Assembly: GCA_964187785.1 (NCBI GenBank)
Contig: OZ076409.1
Location: forward strand, 92,754,001-92,818,000
DNA length: 64,000 nt
DNA from: Amphiscolops sp. MND2022
Taxonomy: Eukaryota
Direction of reading: 5' to 3'
Shown here: positions 11,152 to 24,605 of the stretch, one piece after another
Layout of the letters: the number at the start of each line of letters is the position of its first letter
Numbering within the stretch: position 1 is the stretch's first letter
Position numbers and translations under genes: made by a program
The notes under the pieces: model-generated
The model's input: the letters and a program-made list of their open reading frames with translations, nothing else
Database searches by the model: none
What the model was told of the DNA's origin: nothing

Positions 11152-14100
11152 TACATATTCATATAATTTAAATTAGGTTCTCGCTGGAAGTCTAGACACC
11201 ATGCTTCCTATTCCACAAATTTTTTCACCTTTTGAGTGTTAAATCATCAAGTGCAATGATTACCCACCCGTTTCATGGGCTCACATTGATTAATCGTCTC
11301 AAAAGCAACGATGACGTCAAATCGTTAAGGAACTGTTTTTGAAAAAAGCTCTGAAATTTACCAGTGTCGAAAAATGTTCAACGGGAGAACCCTTTGAGCG
11401 TTGAAAGTTTTTTTGTTATTGAAAAAAACTCTCAAAGCAGCAAAGCAGAAGCATTTTCTAAAAGACAAAAATTTTTTAATTAGTTGCACTGTGCCTTTTT
11501 CACATTTCAGGCGTATACTATAATATTCGTGAGTTAATTCATACTATTAGTAAAGCACCGACTAAATTAGATCTCGATACACGTGTTGTCCACTTCCATA
11601 AAAATAATCAAACCCCTAAATGCAACAGTAATTTTCCCTTATCGATTGAATTACCTAGAAATGCATTTCAAAATGATTCTTGCCGCAATCTAGCGGCTAT
11701 TCATTGAAAGCATTTCACATTTTTTTTGCTACCGGATGAAATTGTTGTCGAAACAACTTATGTTTTCTCATCATGTCTACTTATTTTTGAAAAATGGAAC
11801 CCAAAATGATCGACGTACGATGATACACAGTTGTGTGTTGATTAACAAATTGTAGGCGTGTTTTCAAATTACGTCTTCGTTAGTTTACTTGAACCTAAAA
11901 CCCTTAATCATGTTCCAAACACAACCTCTGACACGATTTTAACAGAAAAACGCGATTAAAATTAAACCTCACTTACTTTAGATAATATCAAACACGCCCA
12001 AAACTAAAAGAAAATCGTCACCCCACTCAAGGCTTAAACGGCGAAAGTAGTTCAAATGAGCTCAGGTGTGGTATTATGAGAACAAACAGGGAAATCTCTC
12101 CCAGTGCCAAGGGTTTGTGCATTGGGCAGGCCCTTAGCGCTCATAAGAACCTTTTTCCTAACCCAAGACATCAAAACACCTAAGGGAGCTTTAGGTGAAT
12201 TAAAAAAAAAATCAAAAAAGCACAGTACGAAAAAGCAAAAGAGTGACCCTTCCATCTCGTTTATCAGTGAAAAATTTGGAAAACTTGGATTGAAGTGCAA
12301 AACTAACCCGGTCTTGCTGAACAAAAACCAATCTTGTAAGCACCAGACCATGCTTCTTCATCGCTTTCGCGTCTGCTCTAAATATTAATCAAGACTCGCG
12401 AGGACATTGCGTTAAGGTTATTTCTCGTATACTGTTACAAGGCGGCTTCAGGTGAAAATAGGACGCTAACAAACTAGCACAGTGATATTGAAAATTTTTG
12501 CACAACAGAAACTTTTCAAGACAGCCTGACCTTTCAATTTGAAGAAAAGACACCCAAAAATAAAAAAAAATAAAAAAAACCTAGCTGAAAAATCAAAAAC
12601 CCGATTTTTTGACTGTTCCCGATGAACAATTAGTTCAAAAACGTCGCAGAGTGCTAAAAATACGCGTTTAATAACCTGAAATTATCAAAAAATTGAAGCA
12701 GCGATTCTCTAGTTAGAAAACTTTTGTGAAAATTTTAGATTTTGGCGTTTTGATAAAAAATCCCATTGTTCTGCGCGAAGCCTAGACGATAGACGGAACT
12801 ATGAGCATCACATTTCTAGACCGTCGGATTAGTAATAGCAGCTGCAAAGGCTGATTATAGCGTGTTTTGTTAAGTCTCATAAGGCCAACTTGGTGTTTAG
12901 TCATTGAGCGATCCTTTTCACGACTTAAATACTCAAATTAAAAGTGACGCTGGAAGTTTTTCTTTGGTACGAAAACGAGAGGTATGTAAAAAAGGGCCAT
13001 CCCGCCACTTTGAGAAGGACTGTTTTGACCGCGCTAAAAAGTGGAACGCATTTACTAGAGGTGTTAACTCAACTTTTGACTCGCTATTAGCACAAGAAAA
13101 GACCTATGTCGACCATTCGGGCGCGTCGGCGAAGCACAGAAAAAGTCATATAACATATCGTTTCAACCGATAAAATATTAAGCTGTTTGCGTAAATTTTC
13201 GAAACCTGCCATGCGGAGACCCTATGTAAACAAACCCGGAACGTTATGTAAATCATACCAGTCGACCCGAGGACCATGAAACCTACGCAAGATGTTCACC
13301 TACCAACTCTAAATAAAATACATGATACAATATTCGGCCCATGGTGCACGGAGTATTGTCTAAGGCACGCGGGACTTGACGCACGGACCCGGTAGAAAAA
13401 TGACAATTTACCTTGGTTTGTAATACCTCAAACGAACCGCAATAACGAGTGTAGTCGATTACTAGCGTGAATGGAACCGTATTCGCAACCCATGCGAGGG
13501 TAACCCAAGTAAACAAATCATATGCATATCATGTAACTCGGGAACCATTGACCCTAGAACCATAAAATTTGGCATGTGGCAACTTTAGATGATTACGAAT
13601 AACATCAAGCTCACAGGCGAACCTCAAAGTGATATCAGGGGTTGACCTGAATACATAGAAAAACGTACGATAAAATAGTCGAGACAGCATCATTAGCGTG
13701 ATAATTTATGCGTTTCAGTCAGGTGAGAGGACTCGCGATGCAGCGCACTTGGAACGCTAAAAAAGTAGCCCTTACACGTAGGGAGACATGTGAAGCATGT
13801 ATTTAAAAGTGCTAGAGCAATTCTCTTGACATAAGAAATATCTTCAGACAAGATGATGAATCAATTGTCGTTGGCGGCAAAGAATGTTTAGTCGAAGTAT
13901 AACTAGTGACGACCGCCATGACATAAAAGGAATAGACAAACATGAGGGTCAAAGGATGCAAACTTACGGTGCTGACGCACTGTAATGTAAACGTCAAGTA
14001 TGCTAAGAGGTTATGATGAAACCACCCTTAACACGAGATATGAATAAACATAATTATTGAGGCGGAATTGGATATACTCGAATAGATACCACCGAGTTAG

Positions 14101-15592
14101 AGAGCTAGAGTTCAGTTGAGCCTCGGACGGGGGCAAGAGATTTGAACTAGCTGGAATAACTGGGCGTCGTTAACTCCGAGAGTCAGTGATAGAAACTGTA
14201 CAATTCCGGGACTTGAAAATTGTTTAATTCATTTGACTGGATCGTGAATTATAATCGCTGCTTAATTGAACAATTTTGTGTTTCTTTATTGTGATTTGTG
14301 TTTTTACATTATTTTCTTGACTCAATTATCCTAACACACAGTCTTATTGCGAATACATAACCGAATAGTGATTTCGAGAGAAACTAGTGTCCCCTAGTCT
14401 TATGAGCAGAAGCAAGAACCCACCATATAAAAACTTTTTCTGACAGAGTTAGATCATCGTGAAAAACTCTCCAGCCCTCGCTATCTAAATGTTCAACACA
14501 TTTTCGTAAACAGTTGCGCCAAAAATTGTGAAGAAAAAATGTTTTCTAATGAGTTGCACAAAACTAAAAAGTCCTAAAGTGAATCGCAATGCTCGCAAAA
14601 CGCTATATTCCAGCTAAGAAACAAAAGGGGTTGTTTCGTTTGAAAAAGTCAGAAAAAAAGTGATATAGTGTCGAAAAACCCTAAAGGGGGCCTCTTGGTA
14701 TTTGATCTACTTCCGCTAGCTTAAAATTTTGGTGTATTTTCTTGTATTCAGACCTTGTCACCAGTGCTGAAAAACCGTGGTAACCTCCAGGCCAAGTGAA
14801 AGTAAAGAAGTTACAGAAGTTGTTATGAGAGAAAGTGGGAAGGAAAAGAAAAAAAATATTCGCGACGATTTTTCGTTTCTTACGAAATCAAAAAAAAACG
14901 GATTGTATTGGAAAACTGATAAAGACACCATAGGTATTGCTTGCAACTACAATGAACAAAAACCGAAACTTATTATTGTTATCAAATGAATGCTTTTTCG
15001 AAACATTGACTTTGAAGCATCATTTTCGAAACATTGACTTCTATCACATTATATCACTAAGCAATTCGTTTCAAAAAACTGAAAAACGTAGGATCCTTTC
15101 ATGAATCGAACCTAATTTTATTTGCCGCTCAAGCTTTTTAACTAAGCCACTGGATTTTAAACACTTTCAACAGTTCGAACTAGCGGCGAAACACTTTTGA
15201 CAGCAACCGAGATAACTGTTTTCTGGGCCTGTCAAAAGAAATAACTGCTAATCATATAGCTAAGTGGTTTGATGGCTCATGAAGAGGCCTTTTGAAAACC
15301 TCTTCAAAACAAAACTTTTAGCTTGTTTAGCTTGTTGTTTGAACGCCAATAGTTTAGCAGGAAATGGAAACACAAAGTGAAAAAAAATCAAAACTTGCAA
15401 AGTTTGATCGCTTGATTCAATCAACATAACATAGGCTTTCGATCAGGTTCCACAAAAAAGTAATCCCGAGGAGCAATCCGTAGGAAAACCATCTTCAAAA
15501 TAGACTCAAAGTAAAAAATTTTGTTACCTTCGAGTGAGTATCACTGAACAAAATTTACAAAAATTGTCTCCATCGGAACTATTCTGAATGTA

Positions 15593-16180
15593 TTTTAGTC
15601 GGCGAATTTTAACAAAATGAGCCGACTATTACAGTGGGAAGTTTTTGTTTCTTTTTCTTCGTCGGACAATAGAATGCATGCGTAGAGGACACTTTTCCTA
15701 CAGAACTACTAAACTACTGGACCGGCAAGCGGAAACGCATCTAAGTTAGTGCAAAGGGTCCCCCCTTTCGTGTACTATATTTTTAACGTATGCTACAAAA
15801 CCGAACAGGATTACAGGGTCCTCCCTTAGATTTTTTTTGGATTTTTTTGTCGCCAAAGGGTCCATCTTCAAGTTTTTTTTTGATATTTTGCAGCAAACTG
15901 AAGTTTCAAAAAGCCCAGAGGGTCTCCCCTTTTTTAGTTTTTCGGCACAATGAGACTGTTTCAAAATTCTCATTTTTCGTTTTTTTTTCCAAAAATTTTT
16001 TCAAAAAATTTTTCGAATGTTTTTAAATGTCTCCAAAGGGTCTCCTTCATTTTTTTTTACCTTTTGCAACAAACTGGATTTTTAAAAAGTTGAAAGGGTC
16101 CCCACTTTTACAATTTTAAAAACTTTGCGCTTTTTGAGCCTTAGATATACCGCCGACTTTAGACGTTCCCGTCTTGTTTT
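15593..16180 (+). mobile_element. DINE-1/HINE-like (Helentron-associated) non-autonomous repeat
   Basis: TTTTAGTCGGCG start, subterminal inverted CGCCGACT, ends CTTGTTTT in a T-run, internal AAAGGGTCCCC subrepeats; relatives at 18056-18330, 49305-49866, 55370-55843 and 57600-57986. Confidence 0.5.
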
Positions 16181-16970
16181 TTTTTGTATTTTGAATGTAT
16201 GGGACCACTGAAATAGTCAATATCGAAGTCTTCAACAGGAAAGTTACAGAAATCAACGCTTTTGTGAAACGAACCGAAGATAATATATATGCTGATGCTT
16301 CAATTTTCCGGCTTTTCAATTTTCTTATGAAAACGCAAAAGTTTTAGTTTCTGAAATTTGTTACACTTGTGATTAGAACTAAGCGAGAAAAATTTACGTT
16401 TTTTTGTCAATTTCTCTTCCTCAGAAGTGTACTAATTTCATAATCTGAAGTTTGATTGTTTTTCGCAGTTTTTGCAGAAAGAGTTCGCCATCGATCCCTT
16501 TAGTGACGAATTCTTTTAATTTGATTGAATATCTTTAGGTGCAAAAAAATCTCAAGCTTCTCCTTTTTTTGTTTTTCAATTGTCTTCAATTGAATAAATG
16601 TCTTCAATTCTGAGATCGATTCGTTTGAGACGTTCTTTGAAAGCTACACTCACACTTTTCCATTCAGTTCTCAAAGAATGGATGAACATTCGCTTCGTTT
16701 CAAAGCAAAACAAACCGTGTTCTCTCTAATTGCTCTTAACCACGTTCAAAATAACAAAGGAAGTTGCCCCGTAAATACCTTATAGCTCACTATTGTTTTG
16801 CAAATAATTGGGAAACAAATCCTCTTAATTGTGATAAAAAACCATTCAGCCGGTAGTCTCAAACAGGCTCGGGGTAAATATAGCTTAAGCTGATTTCAAC
16901 GTACATTTTTTTCAGGATGTTTTTTGCTCAAAATCTCAAACCATATAAAATATTCCAATGGAAACCGAAC

Positions 16971-17080
16971 TACTATTAAACAAGCTGGGAGCGGCCCAAG
17001 TCGGCGACCCGCTTAATGCTCAAAAACGAAGCAAATTAAGCGGGTCGCCAACTTAGGCCGTTCCGGCCTGTTTAGTAGTA
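16971..17080. repeat. Imperfect hairpin formed by two inverted copies of the HINE-like terminus
   Basis: TACTATTAAACAAGCTGGGAGCGGCCCAAGTCGGCGACCCGCTTAAT ... ATTAAGCGGGTCGCCAACTTAGGCCGTTCCGGCCTGTTTAGTAGTA. Confidence 0.8.
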
Positions 17081-19168
17081 CCTGACGTTCAAGCTCATCG
17101 AATATGTTCAAAGACAATCATCAAGACAAATCTAACCAAAACATACCCAACAGTACTCGAGTGAATTACCCTTGAGACTGAAGAAAAATGTTTTTTTTCC
17201 TTACTGGGGATTTTTTTAAAAAAAATCCAACTTATGAATAAAAATGTTGCTCACCTTTTATTCGAAAAAAATTGCACAGTGCCGAAAAATCCAAAAAAAC
17301 TTTTATGCTCAAAATACGTCTATTGCTAAAAAATGCAAACGGAAACGCTTTGATGTCGTCTATTATCGCTAACGTGAAGAAATTTAGACAAGTGCTTAAT
17401 TGAGCCTCTGGCTGGCTCCAGACATATTCGCTAACCAGGGGCCCTGGCTTGCGATGCATGAAAATTATGTACACCCTAGTTGAGACTGCTGGAACTTTTT
17501 ACATGCTGCAGGCCTGCATGCAGGGTAATTTTTTATAAAACCTAGAAAATTCCGTAGGGTTCCGGTGGTAAATCTTGCAGAATTACACTGCATTTTCCAC
17601 TACTGCAATTTAATTCGAAAATATTTCCCAATTCTTTTACGGACACGATCACGTTATATTCACACATTGACTTCTCAAATACTCATCTGATTTAATCACC
17701 GCTTCTCAAGTAGGACGCTGAAGATGACACTAGTTTGTTGTTTACATTGTGGTTGAAGTTAATTTGCATTAAATTGGCGGCAAAATTGTTAACGTCTCAG
17801 GTACATTTAAAATTAGAACTGATCCATATTGAAACTTGCAGAACTTCACGGCTTGAAATTGCCGCCAAAACTTTGATAATTCTTTAAGGCAGCTTGATAA
17901 AAGTTGGTGACAGCAGGGAAATATTTTCGCATTAAAATTTCCGTAAGATTTTTAGAAAATCATAATAAAAGTTGCTGGCAACATTAAAGTACATGTAAAA
18001 AGTTCAAGCATGTTCAACAAAAGCAGACGTAGACTCTTCAGGGTGAAAAAAGTTCAAACAAGCCGGGAACGGTCAAAGTCGGCGCTACAACTAGGCTCAA
18101 AATTGTAAAAGGGGGACCCTTTGGGCTTTGTGAAACTCCAGTTGGTTGCAAAATATGAAAAAAATTAAACGGGCACCCTTTGGAGATTTTTTAAGAAATC
18201 CAAAAAAATTCAAAATGAGATTTTTGAACGGTGTCACAGTGCCGAAAAATGTAAAAGAGGGGATCTTTTGGGATTTTTTGACATCCATTGTGTTGCAAAA
18301 TTTTTTTAAAAAGTTGAAGGGAGACTTTTCTTCCAAATACGGTGCAGTTTCTGGGAATATTCCGATAATTTTCTCGAACAACGGACGTACCTCAGAACTT
18401 TTTGCTGTTGAGGGGAGAGGACTTAGTAAAAGAGATCCCTAAATTGTATTAGTTTTAACTAGCCAATGATCGCCGAATAATCGATTTGCTTCGATCAACT
18501 TCTTGTTTTGAATACATGCATGCTATCGATTTATCGTTTTGCCGAATAACTTTTGAACATCCCTGGTTTCTGGTGAGAAACGAAGCAGAAACGTTTTGGC
18601 TTTTTGATATTTTTGGTGGGAATAAAAGCAAAAAAGCCCTTTTAAGGCCAAAAGGTCCCATTTGGGATTTGCAGGCCCTGTGAAACTGAGAATTGATTTT
18701 GCAGAGAACCCTTGTTGCCTCGAAGTATTTTCGCTTTTAAGAGCTTTGAGTGGGGAGCCTTTTATGAGACTCATGCCGTTCCCAGCTTGTTTTATTTTTT
18801 TCTGCTAATTCCGGAAACAAAAAACAATTTCAAGCAGAAAAAAGTAGAATTTGTTTTAAAATGACTTTTGAGATACCAAGAAAACAAATTTGAGAATCAC
18901 TTCAACTTCGCGTTGCTTAGCCGCTTGCATTTAGAAAACACTGTAACCATATTCATCGTTTTCGCTTTTGAATGTTGTCCATTCGAGTGATTGTAGAGCA
19001 AAATAGCACTATTCGAAGCTATCTTGAAACATTTGTTGACAAATATGCAAAATTTTTAAAAAAGTTCTAAAATTTTGGCACGTTTCCTTATTTTGGTGTG
19101 CCAAAGAAGTCATTCCTAAACAATCGCAAGTAAGTGAAATTTCAAAATGAAACGTAAAGAACTATTGG

Positions 19169-19391
19169 CGGATCTTTTCTGCTAATTCCCCCCCCAGTTA
19201 AGCGATCAAGCGAAAGTATAATTTGAATTAATAGTAACAACCAATCAAATTGCAGTATTTTATAACTCTAATTGCAACTGACCCTCATCGCTGTTACTGG
19301 GGGGGGATGGGGGGATGGGGGGGTTTGGGTATTAAAATTTTCAAGTTTTCTCGCTTACTGTGGGGGGATCGGTGATCAACAGAAAAGATCC
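19169..19391. mobile_element. MITE family B (TIR GGATCTTTTCTG)
   Basis: TIRs at both ends; a second, inverted copy at ~20215-20418. Confidence 0.65.
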
Positions 19392-19403
19392 AACGATTGG
19401 AAC

Positions 19404-20138
19404 CCCGGGTTTCCCTCCCATGCAAAAACAGGTCAATCATACTCTGCCATCATACTAACAGTATGATTCCAGGCTGATCATACTTTGGACCATAAAGGTT
19501 CATGGTTCCAGCCTGACCATATTCTGGGCCATATATGGTTCAGTCTATGATCAGCCTGGAACCATGAACCTTTATGGCCCAGAGTATGGTCAGCCTGGAC
19601 CCATAAAATGAAAATTAGGATAATGTAGTCAACTAACGCAAACACTGATGAAAATACAAATTCTTCCTCAACCAAATGTCCAATACAATCACCGAATTGG
19701 AAACAAGGAATCAACCATCAATTTTTGGCAGCTTATGCTGAAATAGTGGTAATTTTTCTCGAAATAATCGAAAATCACACTGCAAAGTGGATACTGCTGC
19801 AGCAAAAGTGTTAGTTATTAACTAAGGAGTTACTGAGAACAAATTGCGTGACTATAGTTTGCCTTCAACTCCGCTTAGAGCTTAACGGAGTTCTGACCTG
19901 CAATGTATCGTTCGCAGATTCCAATGGTCGAATGTGGCTCTATTGCCCTCAGCATAAAAAGTTGGCTGTTCTCAAGTTTGAAAATTTTTCTTGGGTTGCA
20001 TGTCACGTCAACCCGCGTTTGGAACAAAAATTCATGATTCCAGGCCAATCATGACAAGATCATATTAGGGAAATTTGTATGATTTGTATGGTGCCATAAC
20101 ATGGTCAGATTATGATCGGCCTGGTGGGGAAACCCGGG
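19404..20138. mobile_element. Non-autonomous CMC/EnSpm-like element
   Basis: CCCGGGTTTCCC...GGGAAACCCGGG, 2-bp TSD AC, subterminal repeat arrays, colinear with 24606-25486. Confidence 0.8.
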
Positions 20139-20214
20139 ACTTTCTTGCCAAAATTTTTCTAGTTTTCATATTTGTTATCTTTTGTCAATTATTCAGAACA
20201 ACGCATCAGTTTGC

Positions 20215-20418
20215 GATCTTTTCTGTTAATTAACCCCCCTCCAACCACAGTGAGCGCTAAACTTTGAATTCCCCCAGGATGAGTTTTAGTTGCAGTTAGA
20301 GTTATAAAATACTGCAATTTGATTGGTTGTTACTATTTATTCAATGATAATTTCACTTGACCGCTTAACTGGGGGGGGGGGAATTAAATTGGTGGGGGGG
20401 ATTAACAGAAAAGATGCC
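20215..20418. mobile_element. MITE family B copy 2
   Basis: GATCTTTTCTGTTAAT ... ATTAACAGAAAAGATG, reverse complement of the 19169-19391 interior. Confidence 0.65.
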
Positions 20419-21562
20419 AATTTGCTTTAACAGACAACTTTTGCTTCAATGTCGGAAGTACCTGCCACTTCAATGTCGAATCTGCACTGAGTGTTCCAGT
20501 GTTCCCACAGTCAATTTTTGAGCAGCAAAAATTTGCACAGAGCTTTTTCATCCTGCTAACAAAACGCGACACAACTTCTCTTACATGTGCTATTTCTTAT
20601 GCGTGTTATTACCCAAATTTCTCTGTTTTACTGACGAAAGTCATATTAAAAGGTTTTACCAATCTTGAGTATTAATGGCACTTCAGAAGCACATACGTCA
20701 CGCAAGACAATAAAAGAGAAACGCTTCTCTTTTAAGTACTTCCATTACAACACTGAAAAGTAACTATGAATTATTTTAATAGGTAAAACACGACACAACT
20801 TTGTTTTTGAATTAAATCTAAATAATGGTCGCCATTACTTTATTCTCATTTTGGGGAAGCAACTTTTGGTAAGCTCCTGCCATAGTACGCATGTTGCCAT
20901 ATGGTAAATCGAATCAAGACAGGTACGTTTCCAAGGTAACCTTATTAGGAACGCCAAAATAAGAAAAAACATACCAAGAACAGGAAATTCGGAAAAAAAA
21001 CGTTGGGAACAAAATGTTCACTTCAAAATACTTTTCAAACTCAATTTCTCAACTTCATTGCTTCTCTGGGAGGTGGTGTTTTTAGGTTTTGGACTATACC
21101 GACTTTTTAGTTTTCCCGGGTGTACTAGCATCATTCCTCAGGTTCGCAAAACGAGAAGGAGTTGAAATGCGTCTCATGATCAATTTTCAAACTATTTTGA
21201 AGCTTGCCGAGATTTATCGACCTATCGAGACCGTTGTCGAGTTTGCAGTTACAAAAACTTGTACCAGTTGAACAAAAAAACCGGAACGCACGAAATATTC
21301 ACTATGAAAATTGTAACATTTGTAAACAAGGCACTGAAATTATTTCACTTTTAATGTCAATCATCCTCTCATTACGTAATCAAATCATCAATAAAGAATG
21401 ATCCCAGCCTTCAGAAAAAGTCTAGACGGTTTTACCAGTCATTTTGTTCACACTTTTTGATATGTGAAAGTTTCCTCGCTTCGAAGAAGAGCTCTGAAAT
21501 TGAATGACTGACTAGCTGAATTGTCATGTTCAGAGTTGTTTTGAAACATTTGTTGAAAAATA

Positions 21563-22223
21563 CAGTACTGTGATTAAGAAATCGTCCCCCAATGCGCTGA
21601 GCGTCGTTATCAACCAATAAGAAATGCTCATTTGCTCTCACTTTCAAGTCTGATTGGCGCATCAAGTGAAATCTCATGCGCAGAAGGAACACTTGTGCTA
21701 TTTTCCCAGTTTTGGAAAGGGTTTTGATTTTTTTTGAGAAATTTTAAATTCATCAAATTGTGCAGATTGTATAGAATTCAATGATACATTTTTTGCTTCA
21801 AAAACATTCTAAATGAAAAATAATCGCAGTTTTTCGCCGCGAAACGTCCATTTCCTATCTTAATACATGAAAATCGATAAAATTTTACCTTTCGAGCATC
21901 TTATTCCGAAAATGGTTGATAATTTTTGAAATCAAAAAATATCCATAGATTCAGTAGATTTGCGCGAGTTACTTGAACATAAAACTTGCCAAAAAACATG
22001 TGGATTCAAAAATCGGAAAAACTCAAAAAAGTCCCAAATTTGCTCAAAATCAGCTTAATGTAACTTTCTCCATTTTTGTCCCAGAAAAATTCAAAAAACA
22101 CTAATATAAACTAGATAAAATTCTAAGAAACTTTTAATTCTGATGTTTTTCAAAATTCGCAACCGATTTTGAGAAAATTAAGCCTGAAATCGCCCCGGGT
22201 GACTATTTTTAATCACGGTACTG
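21563..22223. mobile_element. TA-flanked MITE (TIR CAGTACTGTGATTAA) nested in MITE family A copy 4 (21264-~22266)
   Basis: TA-CAGTACTGTGATTAAGAAATCGTC ... GACTATTTTTAATCACGGTACTG-TA; family A sequence resumes on both sides. Confidence 0.8.
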
Positions 22224-22300
22224 TATTTCAAACTTGAAATCTTGAAACCGTTTTTTGGTTAATCTTTTAATGACTTACTTATGGTGTTTGTGTTTCATAG

Positions 22301-22505
22301 ACAAAAGGCGAGCCCTGGGTGGAATACTACATTTACAGTGTGGGCTCTTATGGTCAGTTGGTGGGACTTCCTGCGGTCCTCATAGTTGTTGCCAATTCCA
22401 TCGTGTTCATGAATCTCCGTGTGAAGCAGACAAAGCTATCTCAGGGATACTCAAATTACTGATCTTCGTCAGGCGAACGAAACAAGACCTAAATCGAAAA
22501 CATTG
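22301..22505 (+). CDS. GPCR exon, TM5 and ICL3 (contains an apparent 1-nt frameshift)
   Basis: ttcatag|ACA; TKGEPWVEYYIYSVGSYGQLVGLPAVLIVVANSIVFMNLR (TM5 P and N pattern); frame closes at TGA unless one G of GGG near 22444-22446 is removed, after which it runs to TTG|GTAATA. Confidence 0.6.
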
Positions 22506-22592
22506 GTAATAATGTTTTTTTTGCATTTTTGAGTCGAAATGGAATACTGTAATAATGTAATTGAAGGAAAGGGAAAAGTGGAAAACGAGGTA

Positions 22593-22912
22593 CTCCTGAC
22601 TAAGTCTGGTCCCTACAAAATTTATGCAGCCGGCCTGAAAACTCCTGACTAAGTGTGGTCCCTAGAAGAGGTTAGCATATTTGTTGTATGGCTCGGTCGC
22701 TTCGGTCCCTTCGCCAAGTAGCAACATTGAGACATAGCCATATGACACGTCGCTCCGCTTCGCATCGCTCCTCTTTTAGGGCGCTAGGGGTATGTGAACA
22801 TAGCTGACGACGTTTTAATAATAATTCCGGTAAAATAAGCAGGGACCACACTTAAATAATAGGGACCACACTTAGTAAGGAGAAATCGCTTGGGACCACA
22901 CTTAGTCAGGAG
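22593..22912. mobile_element. MITE with reiterated terminal motif CTCCTGACTAAGTGTGGTCCC
   Basis: Two copies at the left end, three inverted copies at the right end, TA flanks. Confidence 0.75.
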
Positions 22913-24026
22913 TACCGAAAACGGAATTAGATCTAAAAGAATAAAATCTAAAATGACATGCTCAGCTTCGAAAAGGGAAACAAGATCTAAAATTGATTCA
23001 AATAGGATCTGAAACTCCAAAACTTGATCCGTAGAAACAAGTGATTTAAAGTATGAAACATGTCTCTGATATTTTCCCATTTCCTCTTGTGCCCCGAGGC
23101 CCCTTAAGTTCCTTAAGTTCTAGTGCCGCGGGGCCGCTTAAGTTCCCATCTTGCTAACCGAGGTCGAACAGGAGCGAAGATCTAGCGGAAAGGGAGATCG
23201 CGAAGCGATCGTAATGGGAGCTGGTTTTTGCGACGGTCAGGGCGAGTGTGCAATGGGTATGCCCCACATTAGGTGGAAAAAGTATTGAATTTATTGTAAC
23301 ATAATTACGAAAGGTAATAATTTTTTTTAAATGATTTGAGACATGACGATTTGATAGAATCAAGGGAGGAAAAAATGGATTGGGAAATTTGTTATTTAAT
23401 GGTTATTTGTGTTGATTGCCTCAATACCATCTATTGGAGATTCTTTTCTTAAGATCCGGTATTTAATTCTGGCTTCAAACGTTTTTTGTTGCATCAAAAA
23501 ACAAACCTTTTTAGGTCTAATTCCCGTTTTTTAGGTTTTATTCCATTACTCTTTGGTTTTGAGTTTTATTCCTTTAGGTCTTATTCCTTATCACCAATTT
23601 CGTCGTACTTTCTAATGAATGCGTGACAAAGTATGATACATTCTCTAGAAAGTTTAATTGTGTTTACAATCATTATTAGTTGAAATAAAATTCAATGGCT
23701 GTTTTCTGGGCCTTTGTTTTTGAAGATCGCCTTGAGATTATTTTCCATGGAGATCAACTCCATTTCTCAATCGGAAATATACATATTTTTCTCACGTTCA
23801 TTAATTAGAATGCACATTAATTGGAATGCAAATCCGCTGAAAAAATTATGCAGGCTATTTTCATATACCGAGCCATGCATGTAATTTTAGAAGTGATGCT
23901 TTTTAGCCCTGAAAAAGTCTCGCCATCTCTGGCAATTTAGTTTTTCCTAAAACAGTTTTTCAGAATACGGATATTAGAGTTGTTTGTTCGATTATGATCA
24001 AACATTTTGAGTGTCTCTAATGACAG

Positions 24027-24145
24027 AGAGCCAAGTCTGCACTTTACATGGTATCAGCTTCATCCACTGTGTCTTTAATCATGATGGTGGTAGCCGGGTG
24101 GGCCATCAGCAACGACTATGTCAAAGTGGAAGACACAAACTACAG
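24027..24145 (+). CDS. GPCR exon, TM6 and ECL3
   Basis: ctaatgacag|AGA ... AG|GTAACT; RAKSALYMVSASSTVSLIMMVVAGWAISNDYVKVEDTNY hydrophobic helix; phase 0 start matches the corrected upstream exon. Confidence 0.5.
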
Positions 24146-24605
24146 GTAACTTTCTGACTATACACCACAGGGTTCAAATGTTTACGGCTTTTTTGAGGCT
24201 CTGAATTCCATGCATGGATCATGCATGCAACATGCATGGATCATTCGATTCCATGCAAAAAAGCAGCATGGCTATGTACATGGACCATGCATGGGATTCA
24301 CATGGATTTGTTTGTCAAACACGAGTTGCTTTATGTCGGTTTATGTAGAAACAGTGTCACCGTTTCCTCGAACTTTACGAGTTCAATTGGGACGGTGAGA
24401 GGATGCTAGTTCCCGCTCAGACCGAAGTTTGCATGAAAAACTCGACGTTGGGAGCTGGTGAAAGTGACGAGTAACTAAAAAACATTTGTGCTCCTTTAGG
24501 AACTCTGTGTTTGAAATCTGAAAAGCGTGCATTAGTAGCATGCAGTAAAAGGCTCGCGATATGAATTTAACATGGAACCAGCAGTCCTCGTTTGAAAATG
24601 ATCAG

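Noticed and set aside
12061..12115. Exon-like AG...GT segment (VWYYENKQGNLSQCQG)
   Set aside because: Not needed for, and out of phase with, the reconstructed GPCR; no supporting motif
13225..14430. Distinct-composition 1.2-kb block starting TGT, possible solo LTR
   Set aside because: No matching CA end, TSD or second copy found in the window
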